DNA of 64,000 nt from Wickerhamiella versatilis (GCA_030867685.1 JAQOWU010000008.1:1922001-1986000), one strand, 5' to 3'. Shown: positions 21,225-31,980, counted from the first letter of the stretch. Program-made: numbers and translations. Notes: a model not told the origin generated them from the sequence alone.

Positions 21225-21442
21225 AGATGATTCTAAAAGAGAGCATTAGTTAGAATTATTGTTATATAGTCAGTACATTGCTTTACTGTTGTTATGACCT
21301 CGGAAGAGAAAATCATCGGGGTAAGACAGCAGATCGGCAGCCCAGGGTATCATTCATTCTATAACTTGGCATTGACTTTATACCATTACATACTGTACTT
21401 GTAGGTGCAGAACAATATTCATCAAAAAGAATGGGAACAAAT
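21225..21442 (+). ncRNA. Candidate intron-encoded box H/ACA snoRNA
   Basis: Lies within GTATGT(21118)...TGCTAAC(21451)...CAG(21466); nested stems with G-U pairs, H-like ATACCA at 21380, ACA at 21437. Confidence 0.55.
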
Positions 21443-21610
21443 TAAGAATATGCTAACTTGACACAGCTATACATCATTTATTCTAGACAGAATGAGTATA
21501 TTCAATTCTCTTGAAAGTTTTCGAAAAGACCCTTGTAATGATCCCTACGTGGTATGGAGATTTCCTTAGTCACTCACTTACACTGGCACGAAGCAACATA
21601 CTAGGGTGGC

Positions 21611-22558
21611 ATGTTTCGGGACCGAACTAACTTGTTCGTGTCATATCGTGCCTCCTACACTCACCATCCATTCATACCAGAGTCACAGTCTACAGTAGCT
21701 GAACCACTTATCAATTCGGATGGTGATGGCGAAGTCATTGAGATGGAGCGCCTGCCCCCTTCGTGGCTGGAAGGGGCTAAGCAGCTCGAAAAGGCCATAG
21801 TACAAATCAGAAATCAAATGGGTATGCTGTCGCCTCTCCACAAGAAGAATTCTTTGCCGGGATTCGACGATAGAACCCACATTGAACGAGAGATTGAGCA
21901 GTTAACCATTCAAATTACCAGAGGATTACATCGATGTCAGGATATTGTAAAGCAGCTTGCACAGTTGAGTGCCACGGAGACTGATCCATCTACACAGCGT
22001 ATGGCACGTAATATTCAAGTCGCTATGGCGACTAAGCTCCAAGAAACATCAGCCTTGTTCCGTAAAATGCAATCTAATTATCTCAAAGCATTACGCCAAG
22101 ATCCTGTGGATTTGCCAGGGGTCGCTCCGGCTTCGCTTGAGGAAGATGTTGCGTTTTCCAATCAAACGCTACTACAGACTCAAACCACGTTACAGTCAGA
22201 CCATTCCGCTGAGGTTCAACAAAGAGAACAGGAAATTTCGAAAATCGCCCAAGGAATTTTGGACGTGGCAGAAATTTTTCAGGATCTGCAAACGATGGTC
22301 ATCGATCAAGGTACTCTATTGGATCGTATTGACTATAATGTGGAAACAATGCGACATCATGTTCAGAATGCCGATGAGCAGTTGGTGAAAGGTTCAAGAT
22401 ATCAAAAGCGGACGCAAAAATGTAAGATCATTATCTTGCTCATGTTAATTGTAGTTGCATTGATTTTTTGGTTAATTTTCGCGCCACGAAGACACGTGCA
22501 TCACGACATTGAGCCTTCTCCTCCATCACAAGATAACCAGGATCACCCTTCTTATTAA
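21611..22558 (+). CDS. TLG2: Syntaxin-16-like t-SNARE
   Basis: MFRDRTNLF N-peptide, SNARE motif QTMVIDQGTLLDRIDYN, C-terminal TM helix. Confidence 0.95.
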   Translation: MFRDRTNLFVSYRASYTHHPFIPESQSTVAEPLINSDGDGEVIEMERLPPSWLEGAKQLEKAIVQIRNQMGMLSPLHKKNSLPGFDDRTHIEREIEQLTIQITRGLHRCQDIVKQLAQLSATETDPSTQRMARNIQVAMATKLQETSALFRKMQSNYLKALRQDPVDLPGVAPASLEEDVAFSNQTLLQTQTTLQSDHSAEVQQREQEISKIAQGILDVAEIFQDLQTMVIDQGTLLDRIDYNVETMRHHVQNADEQLVKGSRYQKRTQKCKIIILLMLIVVALIFWLIFAPRRHVHHDIEPSPPSQDNQDHPSY

Positions 22559-22626
22559 CTTAATGACATGACGAACATAATAAGACATAATTCATACGTA
22601 AACTTCTATGAAATGCAGTTTAAATG

Positions 22627-24300
22627 CTAAGGCCTTTTGTCCGCCGTGGGGCCAGATCCAATCACTAGCTCCTGCCAGCCATCTATATCTTTCAGGACCT
22701 CTTCTAGTTCTTCATAAGTCCAAGAAGAAGGGTCCGACTGCGACTGTTTTACTACTCGCTCAAATATTTCTTGAGAAGGACATAACTGATGCTCAAGAGC
22801 TTCTTTACAAAATGCTGCACGGCAAGGCAGCGAGAGTGCGTATTCAATGACTTCCTTTTTTCGTGGACTACTAACAGACGCTAAAAATGCAAGTAATGCG
22901 CTCACGGTCGGTGTAGAAGTATTGCTGGTCACTTGCGTCCATAGGCCTTCGACTTCCGAGGTCAGACCCAAACGCTGCAGCATAGCAACAAACTTTACTA
23001 TATCTTCATCTTTCACTGAGGTTCGGATGTACTGTATCAAATCTGATGGATCAGACCGGCCTGGAACCAGGTCATCGAGAATAACAGAAATATTGGGTTG
23101 TTTTGCCAACAGTACCAGAATGCCATCATAGTTTGCACGTTTTGCTGCCATCTTAAGGCACAAATCATAAGTTTCTGGTTTTACAGCAGTGAATTTCTCA
23201 ATTCTTTTAAGTAATGCGAACATGGCGCTCATCAATACCCCTGAGGGGACCTCGTCGTCATGTGCCCTGAAATCTAAGGTTTGTAGCATCTCATATTGAC
23301 AATCACGAAATATGAGATTCCTGAGTTCAGATTGTTCGGCAAGAGATATAACCGACCAGAACTCATCGAGTCCCTCTGACCATACAAGCATGAACCTAGT
23401 TGTTGCCGCAGTAGCATCTCGAGTGGGAAGGAGTTCACCGGCAATACCTAAATTTTTCATAACCTCTGCTCTGAAAATATTGGGTTTACCTTCAAATGCC
23501 AGCTTCTCTACGTCTATGTATTGAGCTAAAGCAGTCACGAAGGCATCAACCGCTTCAGTTGTCAATACTACGCCCATGTCAAGATATCTTTGAAGTTTCT
23601 CCTGGGCAAGATTTATGGTGCAGCCTCTGCAGGTAAGTCGAAACAATCTCTCCTCTAAAGGGTCAAGCGTTGAGGAAGTTGGCTTGATTTCCAGGTACGT
23701 GAAGAAAGAATTGACGAACCGCTCGAATTTATCGAGATCAGGCACCGTCGTTTGAGCTACTGGCCGTCCAGAGCTCAGAACATAATGAGTAGGGCCGTGT
23801 ACTTCTAAAGCACGGTCTAGTAAAGCCACGGCCTGTTTTCTCGCCGATTTCACCATAGGCCTATATCCAAATAACCCAGAGTGCCAATAGAGGGAAAGAT
23901 ACTGCATCAAAGACCTAAGTGAGTTTGCACTCGCGACTGATATCATCCCCATTAGAGCTGTTTCCAATTTTTCTTGAGCATCTTCAACAGGCGACTCAGA
24001 CACTACTCTCACCTGAAGCCAAGAATCCATATCACTTGTGGAAAGAGAAGGGCCAGTCATAAGTTTTATGAGTTGAGGGTCAGATGATTTCCTGACGCGC
24101 TGTGTACGTCTTAAGTCCCGAGAGGGGCGATTTTTGAGCCGGCAGATTTCATACAATTTTGCCAAGTGATCTGCTACGATAGGAAGCTGTGTGGCATTAT
24201 GGCTCTGTTTGCTCGGTGCCCTAAGTGAGTTTTCCAAGGCTTCATATTCGTCAAATATTTTGAACGGGTGTATATGCTGCCAGCTTTTTCTTGCATTCAT
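22627..24300 (-). CDS. Helical-repeat protein, possibly a mitochondrial Aep1-like ATPase expression factor
   Basis: 557-aa Leu-rich ORF; IHPF and LSTSDMDSWL segments loosely recall Aep1; identity uncertain. Confidence 0.45.
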   Translation of the reverse strand: MNARKSWQHIHPFKIFDEYEALENSLRAPSKQSHNATQLPIVADHLAKLYEICRLKNRPSRDLRRTQRVRKSSDPQLIKLMTGPSLSTSDMDSWLQVRVVSESPVEDAQEKLETALMGMISVASANSLRSLMQYLSLYWHSGLFGYRPMVKSARKQAVALLDRALEVHGPTHYVLSSGRPVAQTTVPDLDKFERFVNSFFTYLEIKPTSSTLDPLEERLFRLTCRGCTINLAQEKLQRYLDMGVVLTTEAVDAFVTALAQYIDVEKLAFEGKPNIFRAEVMKNLGIAGELLPTRDATAATTRFMLVWSEGLDEFWSVISLAEQSELRNLIFRDCQYEMLQTLDFRAHDDEVPSGVLMSAMFALLKRIEKFTAVKPETYDLCLKMAAKRANYDGILVLLAKQPNISVILDDLVPGRSDPSDLIQYIRTSVKDEDIVKFVAMLQRLGLTSEVEGLWTQVTSNTSTPTVSALLAFLASVSSPRKKEVIEYALSLPCRAAFCKEALEHQLCPSQEIFERVVKQSQSDPSSWTYEELEEVLKDIDGWQELVIGSGPTADKRP

Positions 24301-24628
24301 ATCGACGAACTACGTTACTAATTGGTCTTCACTTCAGTTTATAAGAAATGAATGATAGTTATGAACAAATGGTAACCGTATAATATTTACTCCTACAGAT
24401 TACCCCGTGGTCTAAAAATTTGCTTGATAGCTTGAGGATATAGGTGGCGGGGTTATACACTACGGTGATGACAAGCCAGAAACCTAAGGCGCGCCACATA
24501 TTAGTAACACAGCGTTTATCCATCTTTCGTTGCGTCACAGTTTAACTGGTCATATTTCGAGCCCAAGACGTTTTCAGCGGCTGAAACTCGAATAGACGAA
24601 CTGGTGGACAGTCTTAGATTTTGAGAAT

Positions 24629-27600
24629 ATGGCTAATGATCATGAATCCTCATCATCTAAACAGAAAGGTAGCTCCGAGCGGGAAAACGCCTTGTCACAT
24701 CTCAGGCAGGTCCTAGATTTACACGATTCCCGTGTCAGGCAGTTATTTCACCTCGAGCGTTATGTTTCTCTGGTATATTATGATCCAGAAGAGGCACGGA
24801 AAGATAACTCTGCTGATTTTGAAAAATTTAGCCAAAAACGCGATTTGTGGGAGAATATCATCACAAAAGCACCCTCAAGAGCTGCTAGGCGGCATATACA
24901 AAATACTAAGGAAGCTTTCGAAGACTGGATCTCGGAGAGTACACCCAAAACTCAGCCAGTGGTGGTAAAAACACCTCCAAAGCCTAAGAAGCGGCCACGC
25001 GATGTTGAAGTACCAAAATTGGAACCATTAGAGTTAAAAGATGTTTCTTCATACCTCAATGATGTATCTGTACAGCCATCAAAACGTCAAAAACTTCGTG
25101 GTATAAAGCCGGTGATTAGGGCAACGCATCCATGGCATGTTACTTCTCCGCGCTTTGGGGGATCTTTGTCTAAGCTGCTGGACAGCTATAAAGCGCTAGA
25201 GGAGGATCTCGACTCTGATCAATGGAAAGAATATGTCCTTCGGGAAGCTCGAACATATAAACGCGTTTCTGATGCAAAAGCTAATGGTGAACTCACCCGC
25301 CTACTGGAGCTTGAAGCTGGTGCACAAATTCCAAAGTTTATTGATCCGTCCCATGGAAAATCACATCATGACAATCTTGTAAGTCAAGCTGTTTATTTAG
25401 CTAAGTTGCGACAGAACTTGCGACGGGCTAGACAAAGTGCTGATAAGAGAATGGCTCAGGCCGTAGAGCATTACTTCCGTAACCTTGCAGGTGCAGATGA
25501 ACGAGCACGAAAAGAACACGAACGACAAATTCGACAGATTGCAAGACGCACCGCGCAGGAAGTAATGAAGAAGTGGAGATTAGCTGAAAAGGTCGTTGAG
25601 CAACGTCGCCAGTCTTATTTAGCTCAACAGCATCGTGAAAAGGGTAAGGAATACCTCAATCAAATCTTAGAGCACTCTGCGCAGCTGATTGAGTCGCGCT
25701 TTGATGACATCGGTCCTGAGTTGGCGCAATCAGAAATTGACGAGGAGCTAGAGGCTTCTAATGATGAATCTGATGATGACAATAATTCTGAAAACGAGAG
25801 CTCATCCTCACCAAGGGAAACAGGGTTTGAGTTAGAAAAGCCCAGTGAAGAGCTTCTGAGGATCTACGAGCAAGCTAAAGGGCAGTCAAGCGAAGAAGAT
25901 TCACTCTCAGAATCGGATTCAGAGTCGATCTCGTCATCTGGGGATTCATCCGATTCTGAAAGTGAAGAAAATGAAGCCCCGCGTAGAAAGAGCAGATTGT
26001 CTGAGATGCTTGGCTACACATCAGAGGCTGATTCCAGCAACTCTGAATCTGAAGCACAAGAAACAGAAAACTCTGGTGCAGTAGTAGAGGCTGTTAAATC
26101 AGATGATCAGGCTGATAAAAGCTCGGATTCTGACCTTCCAGTAAAGAACCATGAAGAAGGTCAAGATCGGGATAATAGTGCAGAGTTGCATCAACCCACG
26201 AAGTCTGAGGTTGTGAGCGCCTCGGCAGATGACCAAGAAAAAGGACAGCACTTCCCAAGAGTCGAAATCCCTTTTCTTCTACGTGGTACTCTGCGTGAGT
26301 ATCAGCGGAATGGTTTAGACTGGCTCCTAGGACTCTATAAGTCTCAAACTAATGGAATATTGGCTGATGAAATGGGGCTTGGAAAAACAATCCAAACAAT
26401 AGCTCTTCTGGCCCATCTTGCTTGTGAAAAAGGAATATGGGGCCCACATCTAATTGTTGTCCCCACATCAGTCATGCTTAATTGGGAAATGGAATTCAAG
26501 CGATTTTGCCCAGGATTTAAAGTGCTCACATATTACGGTAACCCACAGCAACGCAAGAGAAAGAGACGCGGATGGTCAAAGGAAGATACGTGGAACGTAG
26601 TTATCACGAGTTATCAACTTGTGATTCAAGATCAGGTTGCTTTTAGATCCAAGAAATGGCGCTACATGATCCTCGATGAAGCCCATAACATTAAAAATTT
26701 CAGGTCTCAAAGATGGCAAGCTTTGCTTAATTTTAATTCAGAAAGAAGACTACTGCTCACGGGCACTCCTCTTCAGAACAATCTTGTCGAGCTCTGGTCA
26801 TTGCTATATTTCTTGATGCCTTCTTCTAGGGGAACTCAAATGATGCCTCAAGGCTTCGCTAGTCTCGACGATTTTCAAGATTGGTTTGCAAAACCAGTCG
26901 ACCAAATGGTCGAGGAAGGTGAAGAGGCGGGTTCTGAGGCGCGACAAACGATAATGAAGCTACATCATGTCCTGAGACCATATCTCTTAAGACGATTGAA
27001 GGCAGATGTAGAACAGCAAATGCCGGGTAAATTTGAGCACATAGTCTTTTGCAGGTTGTCGAAGAGACAACGTTACCTTTATGATGATTTCATGTCACGG
27101 GCTTCAACCAAAAAGACATTAGCATCTGGCAATTTCATGAGTATTTTGAATTGCTTGATGCAGCTTCGTAAGGTATGCAACCACCCAGACTTGTTTGAAG
27201 TCCGCCCAATTGTTACTTCGTTTGAACTTAATACTTCGGTCCCTTCTCGTTATGAAGGACTTGCACACAAGTTTGATAACTTATTCGAGCCAGCGGATGT
27301 CAATGACCTTAATCTGATCTTCCCGGATATGGAGGTTGGGCCTAAGTGGGCTGCTTTAGAGTCGCACGACCTGAGCGCCACGCACTTTCTGCGACAGGAA
27401 CTAGCTGAGTGGGCTTTGACAACTGTGCCTTGTGACCCTAGCACATCAAACCTTGATCAGTCCAGAAGTTACCTGGAATATCAGCGTAAATGGCAGCGGG
27501 CTGCCCGCAGGCAACGTCTGTTGTTTCTCAACCGAATGCGTACCTCAAGACTGCCAATTTACGGTAGTGACCTTCGTAAATTGGTTACGGTTCCATCAAA

Positions 27601-28777
27601 ATTGCGGCAACCTGGAGAGCTTGAGTGGGATAAATTTGATCCTATGAACTTATTAAAAAATGTACGTCAGCGCGAATCCCAAATGAAAGAGATTATCGTC
27701 CGTTACAGTTTCATCACCCCAGCAACTGTATGTCTGGATCAACCAGAATTGACCCTAGGAACAGCTGTATCCACGTGCCCTGAACTGCAGTCTTTTGCAC
27801 AGGATCCTACTTTTCACGAGTCGCAGGTACGACTTTCTATCGCATTTCCAGATAAGAGGTTACTGCAATATGATTGTGGCAAGCTTCAGAAACTTGATCC
27901 CCTACTGAGAGATTTGATCAGCAACGGTCATCGTGCTCTGATATTCACACAGATGACTCGTGTCTTGGATATATTGGAGCAATTCTTGAACATACATGGA
28001 TGGAGATATCTTCGATTAGATGGTGCTACCCGCATCGAACAACGTCAAGCACTTACGGAGAGATTCAATAAAGACCCTACAATCCCGATTTTCATTTTAT
28101 CAACGAGATCCGGTGGTCTGGGTATCAACTTGACGGGAGCTGATAGCGTCATTTTCTATGACAGTGATTGGAATCCTGCCATGGATCGCCAGTGCCAGGA
28201 TCGCTGTCATCGGATTGGACAGACACGCGATGTTCACATATACCGGCTGGTGAGTGAGTATACCATTGAGTCTAATATTCTTCGCAAAGCGACACAAAAA
28301 ACCATATTGGATAACGTCGTCATTCAAGAAGGCGATTTTACAACGGAATATTTTAACCGTACAAGTGTTTCCGAGTTGTTAGGCAATAATGCGGGCCGCG
28401 ATGTTCCCTCATTAGATCGTCCAAAGAATCTTGAGAAGGTACTCGCTCAGGCAGAGGATGCGGATGATGCCGCTGCCGCCAATGTTGCGTTATCAGAAGC
28501 GCGCATGGATGCTGAAGAGTTTGGACGTCAAGGATCAAAAGATGAGACTCCACACGAAGACACCGGTGCATCCACAACAGAAAAGACTTTTAATGAAACA
28601 CCCAATGAAGAGCAGAGCCATGATAAGGATACACATATGGAAGATGCTCCAGTTGCCCCAACCGACGAGGAGGAGGAAGAAGAGGAAGAAGAAGAAGAAG
28701 ACGATGACGAAAAAGAGATCGGATCTATAGATGACTTCATGGTAAGAGCCATTGAACGTGGTGATCTTGTAGTTTAG
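24629..28777 (+). CDS. SWR1: SWR1 chromatin-remodelling ATPase (H2A.Z exchange)
   Basis: HSA domain, ILADEMGLGKT, DEAH, split ATPase insertion, FPDKRLLQYDCGKLQ, QDRCHRIGQTRDV. Confidence 0.97.
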   Translation: MANDHESSSSKQKGSSERENALSHLRQVLDLHDSRVRQLFHLERYVSLVYYDPEEARKDNSADFEKFSQKRDLWENIITKAPSRAARRHIQNTKEAFEDWISESTPKTQPVVVKTPPKPKKRPRDVEVPKLEPLELKDVSSYLNDVSVQPSKRQKLRGIKPVIRATHPWHVTSPRFGGSLSKLLDSYKALEEDLDSDQWKEYVLREARTYKRVSDAKANGELTRLLELEAGAQIPKFIDPSHGKSHHDNLVSQAVYLAKLRQNLRRARQSADKRMAQAVEHYFRNLAGADERARKEHERQIRQIARRTAQEVMKKWRLAEKVVEQRRQSYLAQQHREKGKEYLNQILEHSAQLIESRFDDIGPELAQSEIDEELEASNDESDDDNNSENESSSSPRETGFELEKPSEELLRIYEQAKGQSSEEDSLSESDSESISSSGDSSDSESEENEAPRRKSRLSEMLGYTSEADSSNSESEAQETENSGAVVEAVKSDDQADKSSDSDLPVKNHEEGQDRDNSAELHQPTKSEVVSASADDQEKGQHFPRVEIPFLLRGTLREYQRNGLDWLLGLYKSQTNGILADEMGLGKTIQTIALLAHLACEKGIWGPHLIVVPTSVMLNWEMEFKRFCPGFKVLTYYGNPQQRKRKRRGWSKEDTWNVVITSYQLVIQDQVAFRSKKWRYMILDEAHNIKNFRSQRWQALLNFNSERRLLLTGTPLQNNLVELWSLLYFLMPSSRGTQMMPQGFASLDDFQDWFAKPVDQMVEEGEEAGSEARQTIMKLHHVLRPYLLRRLKADVEQQMPGKFEHIVFCRLSKRQRYLYDDFMSRASTKKTLASGNFMSILNCLMQLRKVCNHPDLFEVRPIVTSFELNTSVPSRYEGLAHKFDNLFEPADVNDLNLIFPDMEVGPKWAALESHDLSATHFLRQELAEWALTTVPCDPSTSNLDQSRSYLEYQRKWQRAARRQRLLFLNRMRTSRLPIYGSDLRKLVTVPSKLRQPGELEWDKFDPMNLLKNVRQRESQMKEIIVRYSFITPATVCLDQPELTLGTAVSTCPELQSFAQDPTFHESQVRLSIAFPDKRLLQYDCGKLQKLDPLLRDLISNGHRALIFTQMTRVLDILEQFLNIHGWRYLRLDGATRIEQRQALTERFNKDPTIPIFILSTRSGGLGINLTGADSVIFYDSDWNPAMDRQCQDRCHRIGQTRDVHIYRLVSEYTIESNILRKATQKTILDNVVIQEGDFTTEYFNRTSVSELLGNNAGRDVPSLDRPKNLEKVLAQAEDADDAAAANVALSEARMDAEEFGRQGSKDETPHEDTGASTTEKTFNETPNEEQSHDKDTHMEDAPVAPTDEEEEEEEEEEEDDDEKEIGSIDDFMVRAIERGDLVV

Positions 28778-28878
28778 CGCTTAGGAAAATAAAGACATTT
28801 TGCTTGAACCGGATCAGTATCTAGCAGCCTAATCGGCATGGCGTTAACCAGGGTCTGTATTACTAATCAATCGCCGTT

Positions 28879-30264
28879 ATGGCTTTATCGGGCCCTCAGT
28901 GGCCCTCGTCTTGCACGGTGCTGTGCACGTCGCAGCCACATGCCAAGCTACGCAAAATTTGGGGGTCATCTGCACAGGTTGAGATCACAACAAAGGCCTT
29001 TTGCCAGCGTCTTGTGAACTCATGCCCTCCCCAGCTATGCGTCCTCTACACCGAAGACGAGTCTGTGGTTGAATTTGCGAGGCTGGTCCTCGCGAATGGT
29101 CCATATGTCTTGTGTGTATGCTCTAATGTCGAGTTCTGTAATCTATTTAAGGCAGAAGTAGATCGGTCTGCCTCTTTTGTTTTGGTTCCAGATCCAGATC
29201 CTCAAGTAATTCCGGATGACGTCAAGGAGGCATTGGAACTTCTCATTTTTGAACCAGAAAGCATAGCATTGTTAATCTCTGAGGATCGTTACTTGTATCA
29301 ACCGGTCAACGAAATGCCCAGAGTACCATTGTACCCGCTTGCTCCACCTGAGATCCAACAACATTTTAGTACGTTGTCTCTTAGCAGCTGGTCCTTTAAT
29401 GTTCATGAGTGTACGGATTTATTGGGATGCATTCGTCATATTATAGAGGCTGTTCTAGCTCTGCCAGGTCTAGAAGCATTCAGATTACCTCAAGCCGAAC
29501 TATGGTGGTTTTTGAGTGTTATAAGAGCTTGCTATCGATCAAATGTAAAATACCATAATTTTCATCATGTGTGTGATGTTGTTCAAGCCTCATTTTCGCT
29601 GCTTTTTAGACCATTCGGCGTTCTAATGGTGACTTCTGAGGGCCTGGTGCTCAAGGAAGACAATAAATTGGGGTTTGGTCCTAAGGACGTATTGGCTACG
29701 ATTCTTGCAGCATTAGGTCATGATATGCTACATCCTGGACTGTCGTCGCCGGTATTCGTTTATGCCTCTCATTATTTCAGTGCTCGATTCAACTGTTTGG
29801 AGGAGTACCACCGAACATTTTATATAGCAATACTGAGACAATTGTGGCCTAGTGTTGTCAATGATGCTTTTATAGCTACTATGATTCAGGAACAAATCAT
29901 GGCAACTGACCTTTCGGCTCATTCTAGGTTGTCTCTGTGCGAATCAGCACATTTGCATATTATCAAAGTCGCAGATATTTCTAATGGTGCTCGCAGCAGC
30001 ACTAGCTTCAAAGAAAAATGTGCGAAGGATATCTTTCATGAGTTTCAAATGTCGTCAACTGTGGCCCACTTATTGGGGTTCAGTCTCTTTCCTAGGGTGG
30101 CGCTGCTTTCCTCCCAGACTAACGACTCTGAATTGAAAGAAGTACAGCGTCGCTTTTTGCATGGATTCCTAAAGCCTTACCTTGATATTTTGGAAGGAAA
30201 ATATGGTGGATTCGACTTTTTATACAAACAATGTATTATAGGCAGTGATTTTTGGAACGACTAA
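28879..30264 (+). CDS. PDE2: Class I cyclic nucleotide phosphodiesterase, divergent
   Basis: YHNFHH, GHDMLHPG, LEEYH, ATD and KVADISN HD-domain motifs. Confidence 0.8.
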   Translation: MALSGPQWPSSCTVLCTSQPHAKLRKIWGSSAQVEITTKAFCQRLVNSCPPQLCVLYTEDESVVEFARLVLANGPYVLCVCSNVEFCNLFKAEVDRSASFVLVPDPDPQVIPDDVKEALELLIFEPESIALLISEDRYLYQPVNEMPRVPLYPLAPPEIQQHFSTLSLSSWSFNVHECTDLLGCIRHIIEAVLALPGLEAFRLPQAELWWFLSVIRACYRSNVKYHNFHHVCDVVQASFSLLFRPFGVLMVTSEGLVLKEDNKLGFGPKDVLATILAALGHDMLHPGLSSPVFVYASHYFSARFNCLEEYHRTFYIAILRQLWPSVVNDAFIATMIQEQIMATDLSAHSRLSLCESAHLHIIKVADISNGARSSTSFKEKCAKDIFHEFQMSSTVAHLLGFSLFPRVALLSSQTNDSELKEVQRRFLHGFLKPYLDILEGKYGGFDFLYKQCIIGSDFWND

Positions 30265-30306
30265 ACCTCTCCAAATCGCAATAAGAGTCTACATAAAAAT
30301 TTTATT

Positions 30307-31554
30307 CTATTTTGGGAGTTTGCCTGCCGCCTGGGCTGCTTGAATCTCCTCAAACATTTTCAATAGTTTTCGTCTTGCTCCCTGTGCCTTTACTCCACGA
30401 GCTTCGAGATCTGTGTCACTTAGAGTCACTATTTCTTGCCACGGCATATCTGCAAGATTTCCCGTGTACTTGTGGAGCCTAAGGGACCTCAGCCAGGCAC
30501 CGATATCTGATAATAACTCAATATCTAAATAGTTCACAACACGTTTTTGCCCGTAAGGTGACGCACCGCGCTCACTTCCAGAGCCACCGATAGCTGGTGC
30601 GATAGGCTGAGATGAAGGCGAAACAGAACCCGCTGGTGAAGATTTTGTCAAGAGAGGCTTTGAAGCTACCGCCGCTGGAACCGCTGTTGGCGGAGGCCCT
30701 ACCGGTGAAGGTCTCGCATAACTAGGAATGGTGGAGTTTTCACTGGCAAACTTCCACGGCTTTGGGGCGCCCGCGCCAATGGCTGAAGGAGGATGGGAGT
30801 GGCCGTGCAGTTGCGGCGAATGTGGCGTGCTATCCGAGGTAGCTGGACGTTGTCCAATAGGTGATTGGGCTGCGGCCGCTGCTGCAGATGCCCAGCTAAG
30901 TTTTTGTGGCGTGGCGACCGGCGAACCAGTTGCACCGGTGGGAGCTGTTCCAGGAACCGAGCTTGGCGGTTTTGGTCCCGTGCCAGCACCAGGAGTGGCA
31001 TCAGTGGTCCATGACCCAAAATCAGCCGCAGACTTTGGCCGGTTAATTTCCTGGGGGATGGACCATGGTGTGAAGGTCTGTGCCGTGGCGGTTCGCGGAA
31101 CAAATGGATAAGACATGAATGCTTGGCTGTATATGTCGGATCCAAAACTGGTACCAATCGCTGACGGTGCTGTTGCCTTTTGTGATGTCCGGTGGTATCT
31201 GCTTCCCAGCGTGTTTTTCGTCTGCGGCGCAGTGGGTGCAGGCCCCGGGACAGGTCCAAGCTTGTTGATGGATAGCGATGCCATTGGCTCCTCATCAACC
31301 TCATCATGTTCTTCATTCCGCAAGGAGCCCTGGACCGCCTCGTCAGCGATCTGCTTCATATGCCTGAGCTCTGCACTCGGCGTCCGGCTCATAAGTGTCC
31401 TCATTACCGACAAGCGTTCACCAGCGCTCAGCGCTTCGAACCACCGCGCAATAGCAACTTTGTCACGGCGAAATTTATTGTCGTCCAGCGATGTATGCTC
31501 GGGAATGGAGGGCCGCCCAGAACGAGGGCTGGCCACCCTTTCCGCGTTTGACAT
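30307..31554 (-). CDS. VTS1: Smaug-family SAM-domain RNA-binding protein
   Basis: RWFEALS..ER dimerisation region, RPKSA motif, SAM domain WLRSLRLHKY...GARRKLLK; first ATG at 31554. Confidence 0.93.
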   Translation of the reverse strand: MSNAERVASPRSGRPSIPEHTSLDDNKFRRDKVAIARWFEALSAGERLSVMRTLMSRTPSAELRHMKQIADEAVQGSLRNEEHDEVDEEPMASLSINKLGPVPGPAPTAPQTKNTLGSRYHRTSQKATAPSAIGTSFGSDIYSQAFMSYPFVPRTATAQTFTPWSIPQEINRPKSAADFGSWTTDATPGAGTGPKPPSSVPGTAPTGATGSPVATPQKLSWASAAAAAAQSPIGQRPATSDSTPHSPQLHGHSHPPSAIGAGAPKPWKFASENSTIPSYARPSPVGPPPTAVPAAVASKPLLTKSSPAGSVSPSSQPIAPAIGGSGSERGASPYGQKRVVNYLDIELLSDIGAWLRSLRLHKYTGNLADMPWQEIVTLSDTDLEARGVKAQGARRKLLKMFEEIQAAQAAGKLPK

Positions 31555-31833
31555 CCCTAGAGTGGGCACTTCGCTGACAAACTGGTTGTCGATGCCTAAG
31601 CGCCATGGGCTGCCTGCAAGAGTTGAAACGAGGACTACGCTATTATCATCAGTGGCATTACGTATATAAGTTTGGATATGCCTAGAAAAATCAGTAAATT
31701 CTACCAGCTGGATTGGATGGTCCCTAATAAGGTTAGGTCACGAAAATTAGGATATATTTATATGCCATTGACATTTTTTTTTGGAAGTTCATAAATTTAG
31801 TAGTAGTTGGCCACTTTAGGTGACTACTTGCCT

Positions 31834-31980
31834 CTATGTCAAGAACCTAATGCCCCACAAGTTTGCTTGCTGGAAGGACTGTCATTGTGGGGAGGTCTTT
31901 TCTGCTCCATCGTTGAGTCCTGCAAGTGTATTTATTGACTGTACTATTCTTCTAGTGCCAGTATTAGGCCCCGACACGAC
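31834..31980 (-). ncRNA. Candidate box H/ACA snoRNA
   Basis: Hairpin, then AGAAAA (H box), then a hairpin (CCCCACAA/TTGTGGGG, GACCT/AGGTT), then ACA+3 nt; G-U pairs favour the minus strand. Confidence 0.5.

Noticed and set aside
30699-31669. Several 80-205 aa overlapping ORFs in the VTS1 region
   Set aside because: GC-rich, low-complexity coding sequence lacks stops in other frames
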